A stretch of 24,000 bases of DNA, taken from Alishewanella longhuensis. GTDB lineage: Bacteria; Pseudomonadota; Gammaproteobacteria; Enterobacterales; Alteromonadaceae. Position numbers and translations under genes: made by a program. Of the stretch, positions 6,779 to 13,853 are shown one piece after another. The notes under the pieces are model-generated. The model worked only from the letters and a program-made list of their open reading frames with translations, had not been told where the DNA came from and made no database searches. The stretch is from assembly GCF_014653435.1 (NCBI RefSeq), contig NZ_BNAO01000001.1, forward strand, positions 507,739 through 531,738. Direction: 5' to 3'. Every line of letters begins with the position of its first letter. Positions within the stretch are counted from its first letter, which is position 1.

Positions 6779-7228
6779 ATGACTCAAATTCTGCTGGCCC
6801 GCCCCCATCCTTTTATTGTGTCTGAAATGGTGCCATTTCTGCAGCAAAATAAAATACAAGCGCAAAAGCTGGAACAGCTCTCCGAGTTGGATACTAAGCT
6901 TAATCAAAGCAAAGCTGCAGTTATTTCGTTGGCCCTTTCATCGCCACTAGCTGCTACAGCAGAAGAGGTGTTAGCGGCAATAAAGCAGCGCGCACCCAGG
7001 ATGCCACTTGTATTTGCCAGTATGCTTCCACTAGAGCGTGTGCAAAAGCAGCTGCTGCAAATACTACAGCCGTACTTTAACTCACCTGTGCTTTTAGCGG
7101 TGGATACCAGAGTAGGTGTTGCTGAGCCTACTTCAACTAATACAGTGCTTTACTTTAGTAAAGCTGATTTAGCTGATATGCAAAAGCGTAATACCTTTGC
7201 GAAGTTACTGCATGGGCATGCACGCTAG
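6779..7228 (+). CDS. Hypothetical protein (149 aa), first gene of the HD-GYP/aminolipid block
   Basis: The supplied ORF (6503-7228) overlaps the araC-family gene on the opposite strand by 184 nt. The internal ATG 6779 (MTQILLARPHPFIV...) lies just after AGGTG and removes that overlap. I recognise no family. Alternating beta/alpha-like segments suggest a small alpha/beta fold. Confidence 0.55.
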   Translation: MTQILLARPHPFIVSEMVPFLQQNKIQAQKLEQLSELDTKLNQSKAAVISLALSSPLAATAEEVLAAIKQRAPRMPLVFASMLPLERVQKQLLQILQPYFNSPVLLAVDTRVGVAEPTSTNTVLYFSKADLADMQKRNTFAKLLHGHAR

Positions 7229-7256
7229 CTGATTAATACAAGCGAGGAACCATATT

Positions 7257-8183
7257 ATGCTTAACTGGTTTCAACGGCAGAAGTATATTGTGCCAACTAC
7301 AGTTGATGCTAACCAACTGAGTAAGGAGTTATTAGCAAGTTTAATGGTAATGGCCTGGTTTGTTGAAGCTAAAGACCCTTATACCGGCGGGCATTTATGG
7401 CGGGTGTCGCGATACGCTAACTTATTGGCGCTAGCAGGTGGCTTACCTGAAGTCGATGTAGCAAGAATTACCCTTGGCGCTTTCTTGCATGATTTAGGCA
7501 AGGTTGCGGTGCCAGACGCTATATTGGGGAAAACGACTAAATTGACTGAAGAGGAATTTGCGGTAATTAAAACCCATCCAGAGGCTGGAGGGCGTTTATT
7601 GGCTGGGCATCCGTTGGGCCACTTGGTGTTGCCTGCTGTTGAATTGCACCACGAGCGTCCTGACGGGAAAGGTTACCCCTATGGTTTAACCGCCGGCATG
7701 ATTCCGATAGATGCGGCTATTGTTGGTATTTGTGATGCCTTTGATGCCATGACAAGTTTACGACCATATCGTAAACCGCTGCCCTTAGCTGAGGTTGTTG
7801 CTATTTTAGCGGAGGGCGCAGGAAGTCAGTTTAATCCATTTTGGGTTGGTCGCTTTATTGAGCTGGTAGAGCAAGATCACTTTGCGAATATTATGGGGCA
7901 TACCGATGATGGTATTCCGCTGCATACCTGCCCGCATTGTGGTCCTACTGTGCAGCAACAACGGCATCAACATGCTGGTGATTTGCTGGCATGTGGTCTG
8001 TGCCATAGTGAGATGCAGTTAGTGGAAAAGCAGGAGCAGCTTACCGTAACCGTAACGGGTAAGAAAGCTGCGGCACATTTATTACAACCACAGGCTGACA
8101 ATAGGTTAATTAAAGCGGTGATTGAAGCCTCGTTAGCGCAAATTCCTATTTCTCAACTCGTAAGGTTTACTGCTCATGCGTGA
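7257..8183 (+). CDS. HD-GYP domain c-di-GMP phosphodiesterase with C-terminal CxxC-N17-CxxC zinc-ribbon-like tail
   Basis: GAGGAA SD. Motifs present: HDLGK, THPEAG, HHERPDGKGYPYGL (HHE plus GYP) and CDAFDAMTS. CPHC is at 7929-7940 and CGLC at 7992-8003. There is no REC or other N-terminal sensor domain. Confidence 0.9.
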   Translation: MLNWFQRQKYIVPTTVDANQLSKELLASLMVMAWFVEAKDPYTGGHLWRVSRYANLLALAGGLPEVDVARITLGAFLHDLGKVAVPDAILGKTTKLTEEEFAVIKTHPEAGGRLLAGHPLGHLVLPAVELHHERPDGKGYPYGLTAGMIPIDAAIVGICDAFDAMTSLRPYRKPLPLAEVVAILAEGAGSQFNPFWVGRFIELVEQDHFANIMGHTDDGIPLHTCPHCGPTVQQQRHQHAGDLLACGLCHSEMQLVEKQEQLTVTVTGKKAAAHLLQPQADNRLIKAVIEASLAQIPISQLVRFTAHA

Positions 8184-8400
8184 TCTGTTCCGTGCTTTAG
8201 CTAGACTGCAAATTATTTTAGCTGCAATAAAGGTGTCGTTAGTAGTGGGCACACTACTGAATATCATTAACCAATATGAAGCCATATTTGCAGAGCAGCC
8301 ATGGCGCTGGGGATTGGCATTAATGAATTATCTAGTGCCTTATGCGGTGTCGTCCTATAGCGGTGCACTACAACTAATCAAAAGGACTGATCGATGCTAA
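8176..8400 (+). CDS. Small two-TM membrane protein, NrtS-like (putative nitrate/nitrite transporter family)
   Basis: 74 aa. KVSLVVGTLLNIINQ...NYLVPYAVSSYSG resembles the NrtS family signature as I recall it (VVGT.LN.INQ ... VPY.VS.YS). It has an ATGCGTGA overlap with the HD-GYP stop and an ATGCTAA overlap with the next gene. Confidence 0.55.
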   Translation: MRDLFRALARLQIILAAIKVSLVVGTLLNIINQYEAIFAEQPWRWGLALMNYLVPYAVSSYSGALQLIKRTDRC

Positions 8401-8891
8401 AGCCTATCCTCGCAGAAAACCGTCGGCAATTAGCCTTTATTGATACTATCTTGCGGCAGATAAATGCTGCGGATTACCAACGTGAGTTTACTTTTGCAGG
8501 TGCGCCAAGTATTGGTAAGCATATTCGGCATGTGCTTGGGCATTATGCGCAATTACAACAGGCTATAAGTACCGGGGAAGTGGATTATCGGCAGCGGGAG
8601 CGAGACAGGTTGGTTCAAGCTAATCCCTTGGCGGCACTGGGCTTGTTGCAGCAGCAGCTGGATTGGCTGGATAGCTTGGCGCAGCAAATTATTGATCCTA
8701 ATTTGCGCTATCAATGTGCTGAAGGTGAAGGGACAACAAGTTTATTACGTGAGCTGGATTTTGTTGCCAGTCACGCAGTGCATCACCTGGCGTTATTGAA
8801 AATTTTGTTGCAGCAGCTTGGTTATAACTTGCCAGACACGGCAGGTGTTCATAGTTCTACCTTAGCGTATCTCAAGCCATGTGCACCTTAA
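8394..8891 (+). CDS. DinB-family (DinB_2-like four-helix bundle, metal-binding His triad) protein
   Basis: 165 aa. HIRHVLGHY near the N-terminus and ASHAVHHLALL near the C-terminus match the DinB/YfiT-type His triad. It overlaps the upstream gene by 7 nt and the downstream gene by 13 nt. Confidence 0.7.
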   Translation: MLKPILAENRRQLAFIDTILRQINAADYQREFTFAGAPSIGKHIRHVLGHYAQLQQAISTGEVDYRQRERDRLVQANPLAALGLLQQQLDWLDSLAQQIIDPNLRYQCAEGEGTTSLLRELDFVASHAVHHLALLKILLQQLGYNLPDTAGVHSSTLAYLKPCAP

Positions 8892-10489
8892 GTTGGCAGT
8901 ATCAAGCGGACGGCTTGCACTTATTGTTTAACCGTGACGAGCAATTAACTCGACCTATTGCGTTAATGCCAGAAGTTGTTACTGACAATGGGGTTACTGC
9001 AATTATGCCGATAGATCCGCAAGGCAGCGGTACGTGGCTGGCAGTCAATGAACGGGGGCAAGTGTGGTGTCTGTTAAATGATTATGCGGCGGCGACCAGC
9101 ACAATAGCAGTTTCTGCTATTAGCCGTGGTTTACTGGTTAAGCAATTGGCACATTGTCGCAATCGCCAACAGCAAGATGCGTTACTGCAGCAGGATAAAC
9201 TGCAGGGTTATGCTCCCTTTAACTTGTTGTTATTTACTAATTTGCAAGAACCAGAGCAATGGTATTGGGATGGTCAGCAGTTAAAACAGTATTTTGCAGT
9301 GCGTTCGCCAGTTTCCAGTTCTGGTCGTTGGCCCAAGCTAATACCTGCTTTAAGGCGCTGGTATTGGCGTATTAAGGTATCTGACTCAACCACTGCAGAG
9401 CAATTATTACATTTGCAGCGTACTGCTAAACCATTAAATAGCTTTATGGGCATTGCTATGCAGCGGGCAACCACGCAAACCGTTAGTACCAGCTATTTGC
9501 ATTTGCATAGGCATGGTGTCACCTTTAAATACTGGGATGGGCATCCCCGCGAGCAGGGAAAACAAGCGAATAGCGAAACCGCTTTATCCTGGTCGCAACC
9601 ATGTGAATCAAGCTACAGTGGTTTTCAACCGCTGCTTTTACCAGCTGTACTGGCAAAAACGTTACCCCAAGTGGCTGCCAAGCTGCCAAGATGGCAAATG
9701 CGATGTGTGCAGCATTGTTTGGCCGAGCGGCGACTCAACAGCGCATTGCAGCAGCTGAGCTTGCTGCCGGATCAGCATTTTTGTGACGGTGCTTTGCAAT
9801 ATCTAGGGATAACGCCGCAGGTTATTGCCTGTCGTTGGCCTGCTGCGCAAAGCCGCCCCGTGTTTATTTGTAATCACCCAACAGGGGGGCTAGATGGTTT
9901 GTTGCTGATCGCGTTGTTGCAAAAGCGTTATCCAGATCTGCAAGTAATTGCCAATAATGTGTTACTGGCTGTAGCACCCTTGGCACCTTTTCTGGTACCG
10001 GTGCCAGTTTTTGCGAAATCAGCAACGGCTATTCCACTGTTGGTTGAGGCTTTTGCCTCTGAGCAGCCACTATTAATTTTCCCAGCCGGTAGAACCGGGC
10101 GGTTAAATGCTCAGCAGCAAGTTGATGACGGGGTCTGGGCCAGATTAGCGGTAAGCCTTAGCCGCCGCTCTCAGCGTGCACTTACCTTGCTGCATATTGA
10201 TAGCCGAAACTCTCGGCTTTTTTATGCTCTGGCTGCACTTAGAAAATGGCTGCGCATAGATGTAAACCTGGAAATGTTGTTACTTAGCCGTGAAATGCTT
10301 AATCCAGCAATAAAACAGCCGAAAATTTTTGTCGATATTCCTATGCATCAGATAGAGCTGGAAGCACTGGCCGATACTGATTGGCAACGTGCACAACGTT
10401 TAAAACAACGCGGCATGCAGTTGCCTGCCATTTATAAGGAGCAGCAAGATGCAGCAGGCTACACCTCTTGCGGTCGAAGTACCCGCTGA
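8879..10489 (+). CDS. Fusion protein: N-terminal NRDE (TANGO2/DUF833-like) domain plus C-terminal PlsC-type (HX4D) acyltransferase
   Basis: Single uninterrupted 536-aa ORF. The N-terminus reads MCTLSW...LLFNRDE (Cys2 at 8882, NRDE at 8930-8941), then GSGTWLAVNERG, LLNDY, SRGLLV and YAPFNLLLF, all NRDE-family blocks. The C-terminus has FICNHPTGGLDG (HX4D at 9875-9892) and LIFPAGRTG, the lysophospholipid/OlsA-like acyltransferase motifs. Confidence 0.8.
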   Translation: MCTLSWQYQADGLHLLFNRDEQLTRPIALMPEVVTDNGVTAIMPIDPQGSGTWLAVNERGQVWCLLNDYAAATSTIAVSAISRGLLVKQLAHCRNRQQQDALLQQDKLQGYAPFNLLLFTNLQEPEQWYWDGQQLKQYFAVRSPVSSSGRWPKLIPALRRWYWRIKVSDSTTAEQLLHLQRTAKPLNSFMGIAMQRATTQTVSTSYLHLHRHGVTFKYWDGHPREQGKQANSETALSWSQPCESSYSGFQPLLLPAVLAKTLPQVAAKLPRWQMRCVQHCLAERRLNSALQQLSLLPDQHFCDGALQYLGITPQVIACRWPAAQSRPVFICNHPTGGLDGLLLIALLQKRYPDLQVIANNVLLAVAPLAPFLVPVPVFAKSATAIPLLVEAFASEQPLLIFPAGRTGRLNAQQQVDDGVWARLAVSLSRRSQRALTLLHIDSRNSRLFYALAALRKWLRIDVNLEMLLLSREMLNPAIKQPKIFVDIPMHQIELEALADTDWQRAQRLKQRGMQLPAIYKEQQDAAGYTSCGRSTR

Positions 10490-11351
10490 ATTAATTCAGG
10501 CGGAGTTACAGCAGTTAAAGCCGCTGGCTAATTTCCGGGGACTACAAATTTTTAGCGCCGATGCACATGATATTCCACATACTATGCAGCAAATTGGTCT
10601 GATCCGTGAGGCAGTTTTTCGGCAAGCCGGTGCGGGGCGTAATTTGCCACGTGATCTAGACGAACTTGATTATGCTGAACCGGCTTATCAGCAACTGGTT
10701 GTATGGGACCCGCAGCGTTTGCAGCTAGTAGCATTGTATCGTTATCAATTAGGCTGGCTCGCTGCACGGTATGGCCAGCAAATTTTGCGTACTAGCCAAC
10801 TATTTCGTTACAGCAAGGCTTTTACCGAGCAAGTATTGCCCTATGGCATAGAGCTGGGGCGCTCGGTGGTTAATCCTGCTGCTAAAGCCAGCAGCTTAGG
10901 ATTTTTTGCGCTATGGCTTGGATTGGGTGCCTTGTTGGTGCGTCATCCACAGCTGCAATATTTTTTTGGCAACGTAACGCTTTACCCGCAACTTGGCCAG
11001 GCTGCCATGCAGTTGATTGTACAGTTTTGTCAGCAGCTTTATTCGCCCCCTTCGCCGATGTTGCAAGCCAAGCCTGAACTTAGCTATAAAGCAACGGTGT
11101 TAACGATTGATGAGACAGTTCGGCAAGCCAGTGCTGCACAACGCGTTAAACATTTACAGGAAAGGCTTAAACCTTTGGCATGCCGTATTCCACCTGTGCT
11201 GCAGTCTTATCTCAGTGTGGGCAATGCTATCTGGTTTGATGATGCTGCACTGGATCACGACTTTGGCGGTGCTTATGAACAAAGTATCATAGTGCCATTG
11301 GCAGCCTTAAGTATTAGCTTTCGACAACGTTTTCTTGATTGTCATCTTTAA
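10449..11351 (+). CDS. OlsB-like GNAT-fold N-acyltransferase (aminolipid / putative-hemolysin COG family)
   Basis: AAGGAG (10436-10441) lies 7 nt before ATG 10449. The 300-aa protein has IREAVFRQAGAGRNLPRDLDELDYAEPAYQQLVVWD...LVALYRY and GIELGRSVVNP, typical of the lyso-ornithine-lipid synthase type N-acyl amino acid synthases. It overlaps the upstream acyltransferase ORF by 41 nt out of frame. Confidence 0.75.
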   Translation: MQQATPLAVEVPAELIQAELQQLKPLANFRGLQIFSADAHDIPHTMQQIGLIREAVFRQAGAGRNLPRDLDELDYAEPAYQQLVVWDPQRLQLVALYRYQLGWLAARYGQQILRTSQLFRYSKAFTEQVLPYGIELGRSVVNPAAKASSLGFFALWLGLGALLVRHPQLQYFFGNVTLYPQLGQAAMQLIVQFCQQLYSPPSPMLQAKPELSYKATVLTIDETVRQASAAQRVKHLQERLKPLACRIPPVLQSYLSVGNAIWFDDAALDHDFGGAYEQSIIVPLAALSISFRQRFLDCHL

Positions 11352-11364
11352 TGGAGATTTCTTT

Positions 11365-11901
11365 ATGCAACACTTCCCAATACTTGAACTTTCATCCGCA
11401 CCGGCTGATAGCCAACCTTTACTCGAAGCCTCACTAAAAAATAGTGGTCGTATTCCTAACTTATTTGCCGTAATGGCCGCAGCCCCCGGTTTATTAGCAG
11501 GGTATCAGGAGTTGCATCAGTTGGTGATGCAAAATAGTTTTAACGCCACCGAAAAAACGGTGGTTTGGCAAACCATTAATCAGGAGCATGGGTGCCATTA
11601 CTGTGTGCCTGCGCACTCGGCTATAGCGGCTATGCTGAAAGTCGACCCTGCCATTGACCAGGCGCTACGACAACAGCAAGCATTACCTGAGCCACTGAAT
11701 GCCCTGCGTCATTTCACATTATTAATGGTACGTCAGCGAGGTCAGGTAAGTGAAGATGATGTGGAAACTTTTCTGGCGGCTGGTTATCAACCCAGGCAGG
11801 TACTGGAGATTATCCAAATGCTGGCACAAAAGGTGATGAGCAATTATACCAATCATCTGGCGAAAACGCCGTTGGATGACATGTTTAAAGTATTTGTTTG
11901 A
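11365..11901 (+). CDS. Carboxymuconolactone decarboxylase / AhpD-like family protein (CxxC)
   Basis: ATG 11365 lies 8 nt after GGAG (11353-11356) and is preferred over the ORF opening at 11335. EHGCHYCVPAHS is the AhpD-core CxxC(H) motif. The protein is about 178 aa. Confidence 0.75.
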   Translation: MQHFPILELSSAPADSQPLLEASLKNSGRIPNLFAVMAAAPGLLAGYQELHQLVMQNSFNATEKTVVWQTINQEHGCHYCVPAHSAIAAMLKVDPAIDQALRQQQALPEPLNALRHFTLLMVRQRGQVSEDDVETFLAAGYQPRQVLEIIQMLAQKVMSNYTNHLAKTPLDDMFKVFV

Positions 11902-11937
11902 TCGATATGGTCCAATGTTGAGATTTAAGCCGATACA

Positions 11938-11968
11938 GTTTAGCAGCCAGCTTTTGCTGTCTGCTAAA
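11938..11968 (+). terminator. Stem-loop downstream of the AhpD-like gene (possible operon terminator)
   Basis: TTTAGCAGCCAGC (11938-11951), loop TTTT, then GCTGTCTGCTAAA (11956-11968). The stem is 13 bp with one mismatch. No U-tract follows, so the call is tentative. A 300-nt AT-rich spacer lies downstream. Confidence 0.4.
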
Positions 11969-12267
11969 CCCACAACTAACAGCTACAAGTCATAGCCATT
12001 TTATAGCTTGTATAAATTAGCCATCAGCTACCTACTTTGCACAACGTAAGAGTGCTGATTAATCAAAAGTAAAGTTTGATTTAGCGCAAGCGTTCTTCAA
12101 ATAAAAACAGCGATTAAATTTATGTTGTTGTTTTTTATTTATTTTATTCTTTTTCTCTTGGTGGCAATTAACCCTTTTGGGTATTGACTGTGTTGGTTGC
12201 TCACTATATAACCATGTTTAAATTGTGGTTTATCCGCCAATTATACAAATACCATGCAGGGAGCCGC

Positions 12268-13851
12268 ATGCAAAAAAATATGCCTGTTACCGGACAAGAA
12301 CAAGCTGTGCCTGAGCAGGCTAATATCTTGTCTACTACCGATTTACAAGGCCGCATCAAATACGTGAATGATAGCTTTGTGCAGATTAGTGGTTTTAGCA
12401 AAGCAGAATTATTAGCGCAGAATCATAATATTGTGCGGCATCCTGATATGCCGCCGGAAGTGTTTCGGCAGTTCTGGCAGCGGCTAAAAAAGGGTAGCCC
12501 TTGGATGGGCATTGTGAAAAACCGCTGCAAAAATGGCGATCATTATTGGGTAAACGCCTACGTCACGCCGATTAGCCATCAGGGAAAAATAACAGAATAC
12601 CAATCGGTGCGCCGCAAAGCTGAGCCGGTACAAGTTGCCAGAGCAGAGCAACTTTATCAGGCGATAGCGCAAAAAAAATCTTTGCGCCAATTAAAGCCAG
12701 GTTGGTCGTTTTCCTCTAAGTTGTTGCTGTTAACCATACTGCCAGTATTGAGTGGTGTGCTACTTGGACATTGGATAGCCTTACCTTATGCAAGCTTGTT
12801 ATTGCCATTAATCGGATTACTGTTAGCCGTCATGTTAAGTAGGCAGTTGCTGAAACCATTGCAACAGCTTTGCCGACAAAGTCGCAGTATTAGCCAAGAT
12901 GCGGTTGCGCGTTATGTTTATACCGGGCGTAATGATGATATCGGTCAGTTAATGTTGGCATTCCGCTGCCTGGAAGCCGAAACGGCTGGAGTGGTTGGGC
13001 GGGTGGCTGATTCGGCGAACTCATTGGCTGCTGGTATTGGCCAGTTAACCGGCTCGGTAAGTGCTTCAAGGCAGGAAATTCATGCCCAGTTTGCTGAAAC
13101 CGAGCAGATAGCCGCGGCTATTAATCAGTTAGCTACTAGCGTTCAGGATGTAGCTGGCAGCGCCCGCTCTTCGTCAGAGGCTGCGGATAGTGCCTATAAT
13201 CAGGCGCAAAGTGGCAAGGGGGTCGTTGATGTCAGTTTGCTGGCAGCTAAACAGTTGCAACAAGAGCTGACCGCGGCGCAACAAGACGTGCTTAAAGTTG
13301 CCGCGAGTAGCGAAGATATTCTGCAAATTTTAGATATTATTGGTGCCATCGCTGAGCAAACGAACTTACTGGCATTAAATGCTGCTATTGAAGCAGCTAG
13401 GGCCGGAGAAGCCGGGCGTGGTTTTGCTGTTGTTGCCGATGAAGTAAGGTCTTTGGCAACCCGCACGCAAGCCGCTACGGGCAATATTCAACAAAAAATT
13501 TCTCGTTTACAGCAAGATACCACTGCTGCTGTTGCTGCCTTAACACAAAGTAATGCGGGGGCCGAACGTTGTGCCACTACCAGTGCTCATACTGCACAGG
13601 TTCTGGAGCAAGTGTTAGCGGCAGTAAAGAGTATTACTGAACAAAATCAGCAAATTGCGGCGGCGGTTGAACAGCAAAGCCAGGTTGCGGAAGAGGTTAG
13701 TAAAAATATTACCAGTATTCGTGATTTAGCCGAGCGTAGCTTACTAAGCGCCGATATGACAGTGTCAGCAAGCGATGAGATGCATGGTATTACTCAGGGC
13801 TTTGATGCGCTAACCAGGCAGTTTTGGTCCAGGCAGCAGGTTAGGGTGTAG
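12268..13851 (+). CDS. aer: Aer-like aerotaxis/energy-taxis receptor (N-terminal PAS, TM hairpin, HAMP, MCP signalling domain)
   Basis: ATG 12268 follows AGGGAG (12257-12262). The ORF opening at 12184 is a TTG extension. The N-terminus closely parallels E. coli Aer: [22 protein letters not shown]...[54 protein letters not shown] hairpin follows ([16 protein letters not shown]...[14 protein letters not shown]), then the conserved MCP core [37 protein letters not shown]. Confidence 0.9.
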   Translation: MQKNMPVTGQEQAVPEQANILSTTDLQGRIKYVNDSFVQISGFSKAELLAQNHNIVRHPDMPPEVFRQFWQRLKKGSPWMGIVKNRCKNGDHYWVNAYVTPISHQGKITEYQSVRRKAEPVQVARAEQLYQAIAQKKSLRQLKPGWSFSSKLLLLTILPVLSGVLLGHWIALPYASLLLPLIGLLLAVMLSRQLLKPLQQLCRQSRSISQDAVARYVYTGRNDDIGQLMLAFRCLEAETAGVVGRVADSANSLAAGIGQLTGSVSASRQEIHAQFAETEQIAAAINQLATSVQDVAGSARSSSEAADSAYNQAQSGKGVVDVSLLAAKQLQQELTAAQQDVLKVAASSEDILQILDIIGAIAEQTNLLALNAAIEAARAGEAGRGFAVVADEVRSLATRTQAATGNIQQKISRLQQDTTAAVAALTQSNAGAERCATTSAHTAQVLEQVLAAVKSITEQNQQIAAAVEQQSQVAEEVSKNITSIRDLAERSLLSADMTVSASDEMHGITQGFDALTRQFWSRQQVRV

Positions 13852-13853
13852 TT

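Noticed and set aside
4448-8183. Identical ATGCGTGAT stop/start overlap sequence at two junctions (4448-4456 and 8176-8184)
   Set aside because: A 9-nt identity encoding Met-Arg-Asp over a TGA stop is most simply coincidence. The flanking sequence is not similar, so it is not a repeat or a recombination scar.
7806-11292. Short ORFs 7806-8006 -, 9274-9474 -, 9453-9758 +, 10582-10767 -, 11107-11292 +
   Set aside because: All are nested inside long, motif-supported plus-strand genes and have no independent evidence.
11722-11973. 83-aa minus-strand ORF spanning the AhpD-like gene 3' end and the stem-loop
   Set aside because: It is mostly antisense to a supported CDS, with no SD or motif. Its extension into the intergenic region covers the hairpin.
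12070-12096. TAAAGTTT, resembling the -35 element of sigma-28 (FliA) promoters, upstream of the chemoreceptor gene
   Set aside because: The sequence at the expected spacing (GCGTTCTT / AGCGTTCT) does not match the GCCGATAA -10 element.
12122-12187. 21-codon very hydrophobic mini-ORF ([21 protein letters not shown]) in the AT-rich leader upstream of aer, reminiscent of type I toxins or leader peptides
   Set aside because: No Shine-Dalgarno lies upstream. The T-rich tract alone explains the Phe/Leu/Ile-rich reading frame. I could not identify an antisense RNA signature. It would need ribosome profiling before being taken seriously.
12184-12267. TTG-initiated 28-codon extension of the aer-like ORF, plus antisense ORFs 12204-12401, 12484-12690 and 13200-13484
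   Set aside because: ATG 12268 has an AGGGAG SD and aligns with the Aer N-terminus. The antisense ORFs arise from the Ala/Gln-rich MCP coding repeats.
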